Shown: in pieces, positions 23,661-33,300 of the stretch
How the letters are laid out: each line of letters starts with the position of its first letter
Position numbering within the stretch: the first letter of the stretch is position 1
Assembly: GCA_051362555.1 (NCBI GenBank)
Contig: CM120642.1
Location: 8,494,001-8,558,000, forward strand
From: Lingula anatina
Taxonomy: Eukaryota; Animalia; Brachiopoda
DNA: 64,000 nucleotides
Direction: 5' to 3'
The notes under the pieces: generated by a model
The model's input: the letters and a program-made list of their open reading frames with translations, nothing else
Told to the model about the DNA's origin: nothing
The model's database searches: none
Translations under genes and position numbers: made by a program

Positions 23661-23778
23661 CGTCACCCCCAACGCTTTGTGGCGTTACGTCGCTGTCTTC
23701 CTGGCAACGGATGTCGCATACGTGCAGCACGACGAGAAATATGACAGCCACAAAGACGAGGTAACCGGCTCTCCACAT
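22534..23778 (-). CDS. Intronless atypical SDR / NAD-dependent epimerase-dehydratase family protein (CSP41-like), with signal peptide and KDEL (ER lumen)
   Basis: 414 aa. Signal peptide MWRAGYLVFVAVIFLVVLHVCDIRC; Rossmann GGNGFMG; NRG; YIYISTDSVY; catalytic-type YGYQK (YxxxK); RLPDVMGP; C-terminus VKDEL*. Confidence 0.92.
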   Translation of the reverse strand: MWRAGYLVFVAVIFLVVLHVCDIRCQEDSDVTPQSVGGDVEGDFSSNPKKHVLVFGGNGFMGSATVGRLLQRYGDFYDITIVNRGTWYWDSAVTIRPYVRHFACNREEPLGLCTGFGGFVKSVEQFEAVIDFSAYVPYAVDQALKILQDKVKLYIYISTDSVYDVCPKFHNNPTKEMECFRPENVEHKDSYGYQKLQCEEQLISARENGGFPSIIFRLPDVMGPRDNTHRWWTYQMWIRLAGQYINKLVAVPDFLLAIPISMVYSEDVASLIVEIINMKDQSGVTDQVFNLAFKEKLTLPIVLNDISIELGLGNLTYLAGSSQYLYPSVTKGAINISKALDLLRWKPTPWKRAVAETVKFYEEAMGWARYAPREDLINGMLQDIALDEKEGFAKGLKEIYRYELTVSSNVKDEL

Positions 23779-25951
23779 CGCACTACAGTTAGTTGTCTAT
23801 TTCGAGTTTGACCCAATTTTGAAAGTGCCGGAGGTATCGGATTACTGCCACGCACAATAACAAGTTTTCAAGGCTTTCCCCGTTTATACGGTTTACAAAT
23901 CCCTTTGTGTATGCTCTTCGTCCTACAGTATCCTCCAGTTAGGTTTTCCTTCATCAATCAGTATAACTGTACTGTTTATCATTGCAGTGCGTATTTTAAA
24001 TATCCAATAAAAGCCTGCAGCATACTTTTCATAAAATCAGACCAGCGTGCCTACGTGACTTTTTGGAGCAATTTTTCTGCACGTCAGCCGTGTTCCAGTG
24101 TGCCCTTCTAAATGAAGTCACAGCTGTGTAATTTCATAATCGAAGATATACGCAGCAGAAAGCTCAAACGGTTAATTATTTTCGACCTGAATTGTATATC
24201 AGATGACTTGCTTTAAACCCGGGGCGTCCCTTATAATTAACGCGCATATGCAAAACGGGATCAGTCCGACGGGACGTACACTCTCTTTATCAAATGCAAG
24301 TTGTAGTTCAGTTTGGTGATATCTGAAATGTTCGACAAAGTAGGCGTATAAAAATTTTTGGCAACTTCATTCTCAAGAAAAGGTTGTTTAATTATGATCA
24401 CCAGAAGTTGTAGAAAGAAGAGTTTCAAGGTCAAATGCGGTGAATCATGTCATTTACTGTAACAGTGTAATTTTGTTAAAATGGTTCAAAGTCAATTAAT
24501 TGGCGAGTGAAAAAAAACCTCTTGATCTCAACCTTATAATAAAATCGAGAATAATTTTGCTCGTAGTGAATATCAGATATTACAGAGAATATCGTTGTCA
24601 TAAAATTTTTATTTATTTTATTTATTTTGCGAATTGAAAAGCTATCAAAAGCGACCGCATGAAACCTTCTTTCAAATAAAAAAAGGCAAAAAATGGATGA
24701 TAATGACAGACTGAACGGGAATTCATGACGCACTCGTGACACTCATTGTCAAGTTACTCTGAAGTTAATTTTACCAAGCAGAGGACCGTAAAAACAATTA
24801 AATTAATCTTGCAGAATCTTTTACAAAATCTGACGGCCATTCAAATAAGAACTATGAAATCCAGCGCTCATTCAGTAGAGTTAATTTACATGCTAATGGG
24901 AATCCAGACTCCTGCATTGTAGCGATATCTGAGGTTTTGGAACTGAGAAAGAAAAAGTTTTCGAAATAAATATATATCGATATTCTCGTGTTTTTTATCC
25001 CCTAATAATAACACGGTGAAGAAATTGTTACTAGTCAAAGTCCAGCTGCTAGTTTATAGATTGAGTCAGTCCTCACTCACCCCAATAGTCTTTAAACCCC
25101 CCTCCAAATACTGGTGTCAAGTTAAGCTGAGAACGCGCTGAAGATCTACGCTAGCTACAACAGACCGCGTCGAAAGGTTATTTATCTACTACATGTACAT
25201 CCGAAGCCAAACCGAAAAAATTAACTGTCCAGCAAAAAATTAAGCTTCTCCTTGAAGTATCCAGTATTACAGATGTATAACCAGTCTGCGAAGCGATTCT
25301 ACCTAGTCACTGCAGTCACAGTTGAAGTGAACCTATGTGTGTAGAAACCTTTCGCTTACATAAAACCGGATACCTTCGAGCACAGTTCCCCAGTGAGTCG
25401 CATTTAAACATATACGCTCACTATTTGTTAATTATCTCTCCCTGCCCCCCCCCCCAATTTATTTACGTCAAGGACCCACGAACAAGTGCATTACGACAGA
25501 GCTCGTTAAAGGAAATACTAGTAACACATATCATGTTTTTATCTGTTCAACCAGACACGCTGGTACACGTTTACTTTTTACGATGCTATATTATTCACTT
25601 GGACGGCGTGTTGGGGCCAGAATGGGTTTGACACGCCAGTGGCTCAGTAACGCAACTAAAACAACCACATTAAGCAGCAGGATGTAAGTTTAAAGATCGT
25701 CTCAACTACCGCAACGTGTAATTCCGGGAGTATTGCAGTTCTCTAACTTGGAATTTTTTACTGGACTTTAATAATCATAACATTGTTATTAACAATAATA
25801 TTTATAAACGCGCTTCACATATTGGTTTGTGTATAATATGAAGATGAACTTTAAATTCAAAAACATTCCAATTTTAACAATTACACCTATGCCCGTTTTT
25901 AAGGAAGAAAATTCGAAGCACAAAGCAGTTTTTGAATGATAAATTCATTTA

Positions 25952-27190
25952 CTATTTGTCTTTTGGTGCTTTAAATCCATAGATTTCTGCCAATCCCCTG
26001 TAAAACGCCTCTTTGTCGTTCTTCGCTACCTCTCTTAGCATGGTCTCGATGAAGTCTTGTCGCGTCGCAAAAGAATCGTCTCGCATGGCATTTTCATAAA
26101 ATTTCACGATATCGGCGAGTGCTTCCCTCCAAGGAGTTGGACGAAAAGCAAGCAATTTCTGGGCTTTGGTTATATCCACCGGGCCCCTGTGAACAGAAGG
26201 GAATACATACGTGGAAGACGGTGTTTCGTCCAAAGTCGCAAGCCCTCCGTATCCTAGATTAGTCATGTATTTATTCAGGATACGCTCCACACCCGGTAAG
26301 GCTCCCTCATGAGATTTTTCAGCCACGATTTCATACGGCTTATCCCCCAAGCCGAGCTCAAGGGATATGTCCCGCAGTAAGGTCGGTAGTGTCAGATGAA
26401 CATCGGACGCCAGATTGAACGCTTGGTCTATAATTTGGTCGCGGGGCATTTTCATGTTGATTATATCGGCAATCACTTTCCCCACGTCTTCGGAATAGAC
26501 CAAACTGATTTGATGCGTCTGAAGAAAGTCAGGCACGGTAACGGGGCGGGAAATATACTCTCCAAGTCGAATCCAAAGCTGATACACCCACCACCGGTAG
26601 GTATTCTCACCTAAGCCTATAACATCGGGAAGCCGGAGGAAAATATACGGAATTCCCGGGCCGTCTGTCGAGGATCTCTGCTTTACTAGCTCTTCTTCGC
26701 ACTGCAATTTTCGATTGCCATAATCGTCTGCCTCGGCTAGGCGCTTGGCTTCGTCCTCAGCCTCGGGCCGGACAGCGTCTGTCTCTCTCGAGGGGCCGCC
26801 GTGCTCCTTCATGGCGGAAACCTCGTAAACAGAATCGGAGGAAATGTAGATGTATAATTTAGCCTTTCCCTTCAGCAAACTGACCGCGTTTTCAATCTGG
26901 CGGGGCTGGCAAGCGCTAAAATCGATCACGGCGTCGAGTGATTTCACTTGTGAGAGATATTCCATAAAGCGAGGGCAGTCCTCCAAAGGCCGTGTCCTAT
27001 CCCATACTATGTGTCTAACGTGCGGTTTAACAGATGTTGCCGTGTCCCAGTACCAGTTCCCCCTATTTACAATGGTGATATCAGGCAACGACCCACTATC
27101 CACAGCCTCACCCAGTAAACAACGGACAGCAGCTGCACCTAGACACCCGTTTCCACCAAATGCTAGAACAGTTCGTCTCGTTTCTTGCAT
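25952..27190 (-). CDS. Intronless atypical SDR / NAD-dependent epimerase family paralog lacking a translated signal peptide and KDEL
   Basis: 412 aa. GGNGCLG, NRGNWYWD, YIYISSDSVY, YGNRK, RLPDVIG and YRWWVYQLWIRL are colinear with the upstream paralog; ends KAPKDK*. Confidence 0.92.
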   Translation of the reverse strand: MQETRRTVLAFGGNGCLGAAAVRCLLGEAVDSGSLPDITIVNRGNWYWDTATSVKPHVRHIVWDRTRPLEDCPRFMEYLSQVKSLDAVIDFSACQPRQIENAVSLLKGKAKLYIYISSDSVYEVSAMKEHGGPSRETDAVRPEAEDEAKRLAEADDYGNRKLQCEEELVKQRSSTDGPGIPYIFLRLPDVIGLGENTYRWWVYQLWIRLGEYISRPVTVPDFLQTHQISLVYSEDVGKVIADIINMKMPRDQIIDQAFNLASDVHLTLPTLLRDISLELGLGDKPYEIVAEKSHEGALPGVERILNKYMTNLGYGGLATLDETPSSTYVFPSVHRGPVDITKAQKLLAFRPTPWREALADIVKFYENAMRDDSFATRQDFIETMLREVAKNDKEAFYRGLAEIYGFKAPKDK

Positions 27191-27771
27191 CTTTGACGTA
27201 TTATTGTCAGAAGTATTAGCACACAGTGTGATTGTCAGTACTGATAGAGTGAATAAAAACGAGGTTTTCTGCGCAGCCTTGGTCTGCGCTGCGGGTCGTT
27301 TTCTATTGGTTCAATATAAAATATGTGTGCCAAGGTGGTGTCAAGGCTGTACATTATATTTTTCTTAAACCACGGATAGCGCGTAGAACAAAAGACTCGT
27401 CGTGCTGTATTAGACATACAAACACGTCATGTACGAATGCGTTCCACGGTCTGTTGCACTCCCGTGACTTACTTGTGTATCAGAGGCCGTGGTTTAAGCC
27501 AAGTACAACACTCGTCGTGGAGCTGTACGTGAATTTACTCGTGTATTGTCTCGCCTGCTGCTCGGCAGTATACTCGTAGTATTTCACGTACAGTTCGGCG
27601 ACTCGTATTGTATCTATCGTATCGTATTGTATCTATAAATAAGCGCGGGTCAAGTTACGTTTACACGTGCAAACCAGATTCGGGTTCACCTGTGATTAGA
27701 ATCTACCGTCACGCCCCTGAAATTCATTTGTTCCCCGGTCGGACGTTAGTCTCAGCATGAAGTCATGGGAC

Positions 27772-27940
27772 TGTAACGGAACTGAGGGTCCATGTAACAG
27801 AAAGTCCGCCCTCCATACAGTTATAATGGTTAGGGTTAGTCTGACCTAAGTGGGTCAAAATCTAGGGCGAGGCTCACCTGTACAAATGAATGGGAAGCGG
27901 ACTCTCTGTTATGGGGGACTCTTGTGTCACGAACGTTACA
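27772..27940. mobile_element. Possible MITE with TGT...ACA termini
   Basis: Inverted pairs tgtaacg/cgttaca and taacagaaagtccgc/gcggactctctgtta; internal ggttagggttag. Confidence 0.45.
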
Positions 27941-28863
27941 CCGGTCCACGGTTGTGTTGGTAAGTCCAGTGTAAACCTGGCAAAACTGCCCTATGTGCAT
28001 ATTTACTGGTCATACACATTGATCACGAGTTCACAAAATTTGTTCAGAAAAAATTTTTGAACTAACATTTTAGGTCTTATCAAATTTATGCCCTTTTGAC
28101 ACAAAAGTCTGAGTAGTTATGAATAAATAAATCTTTCAATTTCTCTTAATTTGACCCAAGAGAAGTACGTCCGTTAAATGTCATGAGCATGTATCATACT
28201 TTTATCTTAAAGGGATTACAACCCTTCATTTAAGTCCTTCATAGAGGGCTACCTTCCGAAATACATGTAACCTCTCAGTTTGTAATAATCTCACAGTGCT
28301 GTTTTGTAATAATCACTGCGGTCCGTTGTAATAATTACTCAAGAGATTTTTACAAAATAAAAAACGCCCTTAAAAATTCGCTTGAATGTCGGAACAGATT
28401 CATTAACCGGCGTTAAGTATGGGTAAATCGTCATTTACCACAGGAAAAGTCGTTGTACGGCATTTTTTCCACAAAAATGTTATCGCTTTAATAGACCAGA
28501 TCTTAACATTTTCACCAAGTGGCTAACCTTTAAAATGAAACATGAACCGCCTGGAAATGAACATTACACGTACATATATGTGTTTTAAGGCGCCGCACGT
28601 TTTCAGGAAAACTTAGAGCTACATAAGCATACATTTACTGAAAGATAAATAAAAGATAATATATAAATGGCCCTCAAGAGCTCAGGAACTAGGCAACATT
28701 TTATGGGTACATTAGGGGAGAAGAGAGTCAATATATGTAGTTGTTTCTTGTCAATATTATTTTGAGTGTATTTTCGTTTCTACATACCAAAAGAGACTAA
28801 ATTTCTCACTGTACTTTCAACTTGGGAGATGATCCACCTGGATATATTGTGTGGATTTTCTTA

Positions 28864-29045
28864 GGTCGCACTCACGACCAAAGTTGATCCGCCAACTAAC
28901 AGATCGGCGGATCAAATATGGCCGACCCACTTGAAAGCTTGCCGCGTGTTCCCCGTAGGGAATCTATTCAGTTTCTATTGTGGGAATGATACGTCCAGTT
29001 TTCTACCATGTTTGATCTGCGGATCAACTTGTTCATAATGTGCAC
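28864..29045. mobile_element. MITE, possibly PIF/Harbinger-like
   Basis: Inverted arms aagttgatccgc...gatcaaatatgg and ccatgtttgatc...gcggatcaactt; TTA on both flanks. Confidence 0.55.
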
Positions 29046-30315
29046 TTATTTGGCTTTTATTTTCCCCATTGGGTTTTGAGAAATAAATTTCTTTACAGTC
29101 TAGCAGATAATACCAAAATATAAAAAAATCTGTTCCATGCTAGTATTTGAAATATTCTGTTTTAATGAAAATGATGATAAAATAAACACAGTTAACCTTC
29201 AAATTCAAAACTCGTCAGCCTGAATATAGCAGAAAGACCTGCATTTTATAACTGTAAATGCAATACCCCATTTACATTGTAATTAGAGGTAAATCATCAC
29301 ATTTCTCACAAGAACTTTAACCTTAATTAAAAGTAAATTAAGTTTTGTAAGATTTTCTTAACCTTTCACTTCACTTGCTTACAGTCCTATTTGCATCTGA
29401 TTACTGTCACAATAATGGTAAAAAGTAAATTTATAATTATTACAAATGACAAACATTATCATTATTTTACAAATGTGAAAAAACTTAAAAGAAATGACAA
29501 TGAAACATATAATTATGATATTGTTATAACAAAGTGACCTGTGCAGATCAACAACTTTTGACTGCTTGAACATTTCTCATTACATTCCAAATAACAAAAA
29601 TGCTAATATACAAAATAATCAAAAGCAACATCAAGGTGTGAAAATATGAAACAAACTAGTTTTAACATGTTTTTGAAAAATTGTAAATCCTAGGACTTTG
29701 CTGAATAAAGTAAACTGTTTTAGATTTTACATAAAAATAATAACCGCTCATCCATGTCTGATAAGAAAATGAAGGACATTCTGGAAATGATACTCCAGTT
29801 GAAATACAGCAGCTGTCACATCTTACTTCTAATTAGCCTTTAGTCAGTGGTGAACACTGAATTACCTAAACTATAACACTTTTTTGAGGGCAAATGCTCT
29901 TTCTAATATATCCACAGTCATGTATATTTTCAATCATGATACATTTATATCATAAAATGCATTCACACTCTACAAAAAGTCTCTCTAATCTTTTATAATA
30001 AATCTTACTTCTGTGATGCATTTACTGCTTCTTTTCAATGTGACTATCAACAGTTTAATCTCTTATTATGATATTTACACAGCAAAAACTACCAAGTATA
30101 CTTTGCCAAAGGTCACTATAACAATGGTATTATCAAACATTATGGTGTCCCTAATATTGTCAATGATTGCTGTGACCCTGGTATTGCCAATCAATATGGT
30201 GACTGTGACACGGGTAATCATATTTCATATTTCTTGAAGTGATACAAAATTAAGACTTGTGTGTTCCAATCCACTGTTTTCTTAGACATAGCTTGGTTCC
30301 ACTTCTTCACTGCCT

Positions 30316-33300
30316 TCATTTCTTAGACTTCTTGGATCTGCTGAAGGGTAGTCATGTGAAAATGTTTCAACAAAAATGGCCCACTTTAAGAATTTTTTTC
30401 TTATTCTTTGACTACTTTCTATTAAGACTATACGAATCACATTCCACATACTTCACATTCTGTTACAAATCACTTATTTTTAAATTTATCACTTTATGCA
30501 ATGTATCACTTGCATCAAATGATCAGTCACAAATACAAATCAAGTTTTATTAAAATCTACGTCTGAATCTTCTCTTCTATTTGAAGGTGTCAAAAGGATA
30601 CTGCTTTTCTGCCTTCTTTTCACTTTTATCCTTTGTTGTCTTTTCCTGCAAATAAATGAGGCAAATTACTAACTAACAAACAAACGTCCCTTTTCTATTA
30701 TCTACTGATAATAACTTTATATCTTCACACATTTATGCATAGGCACAAGATCCCGTAATCAATCTTCAAGTAAATGTTGAGTTTATATCCTCAATGCAAA
30801 AAACTCACAGAAGCAGTACAGGGGATAGGGCATGGAATTAGGAATAACCAAAATACCAAAATGTCACTCTGCCTGAAACTCACAGATTTCCCTCCATCTT
30901 CTCTTCCTGATCCCTTTGGAGATTTATGCCTCTCTTTTTCCCTGTGTTCTCTCTTCTCCTTAGTGACTGATACAGCATCCCCTGATCCGTTCTGTTTGGA
31001 ACCAGACTTGACTGAAAATAAATAGAATTTTTGTCCATTAAATGATTTATCAAATCAAATACATTTTATCTTTCATCTAAGGGACTGGAGTCATTTTTTT
31101 TTTATTGCTGATAACCTATCTTTCACAAAAGAGATGATATCAAATCATTGCTTTACAAAAGAAGAAAACCAAAGAAAAAATTAAAGAAATTAAATAAAAA
31201 AAGTTTAAATAAAAGAAATAAACATTACATAAAATGATCCGCAACTTTTTAAATACAATTTAAGAATTTTTTTTTTATTTTTCTGTTATTATTGTCATTA
31301 TTTCAATATGACTGAATGTGATTGGACTTGGTGAATGAATTGGTTGATGGGAGAGAGGGCGGGGTCCTGTCTGTTACCCCTTCCAACTGTTAGCTAATGC
31401 TGAAGCTCTATATAATCAGTAGTCTGAGTAATGACAACATTCTGGCCCTAAACATTTGCCTGCAAAAAGGTAGTATTACTTCTATTTTTCATCACAGTTA
31501 ACAGGGCCTATTAACCTTCACATTACTGCAGAGTTTTGCTCTTTACCTTCATAACAAAGGAAAATAATTGATTCATTCTTTTTTTATTTAGAATATATTA
31601 TTATGTAAATGAACCCTTATGACAATCCTTTTATTCTCTAACATATCTACCTTCATATTACCTTCCATTCTTTTACGCAAAAAATTATTGATTCGAAATA
31701 TACTGTTATGTAAATGAACCCTTATGACAACCCATGTATTCTTTCACAATTGTCAGGGTTTTTATTTGATTTTTGCCTGCATATCACAGGCAACTAAGCA
31801 ATTATAACATACAGACTAAGTATGTCTTTATTATTCAACACACTTATACAACCAAATCAAGCAACTTGTGGCTAAGCCACAGCACTAAAATGTGTATTAT
31901 TAAAATTCACCAGGCTGACCTCTAATTTCACACATTCACCAAAGCCAACACCAGTGGCCTGTTTACACAAAAACTTGAGACTGCAAGTTGATGTAAAGCT
32001 TTAACCCAAGATAAATCAGTAGTAGTCCAATTTAATAAAACAAGATGTATACTGCTTCAAAAAGACAAAAACTATAATATTTTAGCAGGCTAGGGCACAA
32101 ATTTCCTTTTATAACTTTAAAGGTAGAACAAAATTTTGGTCTAAAAGTCCAAACCAACTTTCGGTCTGACACCAGCTTAAAGGGGTGTGATCCAGATTTT
32201 TAACATTAGAGCCTGGGAACATACCAATCAGTGTACTATACATGGAAAAGAACTAGTTTGTTAGTTAGAAAAAATTTCGAATCAAAATATCTCACCTGTA
32301 GGAGAGTCCTGCTCACCCCTCTTCTTCTTGCTGTCCAACCTGTCTTCACTGTCATCTGGGGAGTAATCCATGGTCTGTGGACAGAAAACATGCATTTACA
32401 TCATAAATATTAAGCTTCATAAATAAATAATAAGTTATAGTTTTTATAATTTTCACTTAATAAAATATTATCTTATACTTTCTTTTGCTATACACAATCT
32501 TTCATACTGTCACAATTACTCCTAAAACTGTTACAAGAAGAAGAATGACAAAGAGTTCCATTACAATGGCAAAAATTGGAAGTCATGCTGTACACTGTGG
32601 TTTTTAAGAGACATTTATTTAATAATCTGCTTACCCTTTTCCTTTCTGACTTTTTATCAGATTTTCTTCTCTCGCTGGGTGGACTCTAAACATAATGAAA
32701 TTCAATTTTGCAATATTCTGTTGAAATGTTGTGGAAATATTATATATACCTCATGACATCTACAACAAGTGCATATACAACTCCCTCTTTTGAAAAAATC
32801 TTTCTTTCCAAATGTCAAATTGAACTGTAGTTGTTTCTTTTATAATTTACTATGATCATATTGTAATACTAGATTAGATTCATTCCAACTTTCTTACAAA
32901 TATGTCCAACTGAAATTTTACAGGTCACGCCGTCCCTGTTTAAAAATGTGAACATCTCAGGTTTCTATTTCCTTTGTTTTCAAGTCTTATTCCTTTGTCA
33001 ATAGATATAATAAACAAAATTGTCGAACAAATATCATATTTACATCAATGTGTGCACACAATGCACAAGACTCATCAAATTTTAATTATAATGCAATAAA
33101 TTAATTGGAAGTGAGAAACCATGAACCCAACATGGAGATTCAGGGTCCTAACCTTGCTTCTGGATTTGTCCTTGCTGTCCGCGTAGCCTTGGTCCTGTAG
33201 AGGAAGAGGAAGGTCAACACCACATCATGGTATGAACACAGGTCAACACCATATCGTGGTTTGCACACAGGTCAACACCACATCGTGGTTTGAACACAGG

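Noticed and set aside
22534-27190. Bacterial contamination or operon explaining the two epimerase-like ORFs
   Set aside because: One ORF has a eukaryotic signal peptide and KDEL, it is flanked by microsatellites, and it was co-duplicated with a spliced exon.
27828-27840. Telomere-like GGTTAGGGTTAG
   Set aside because: Only two units, internal to a probable MITE.
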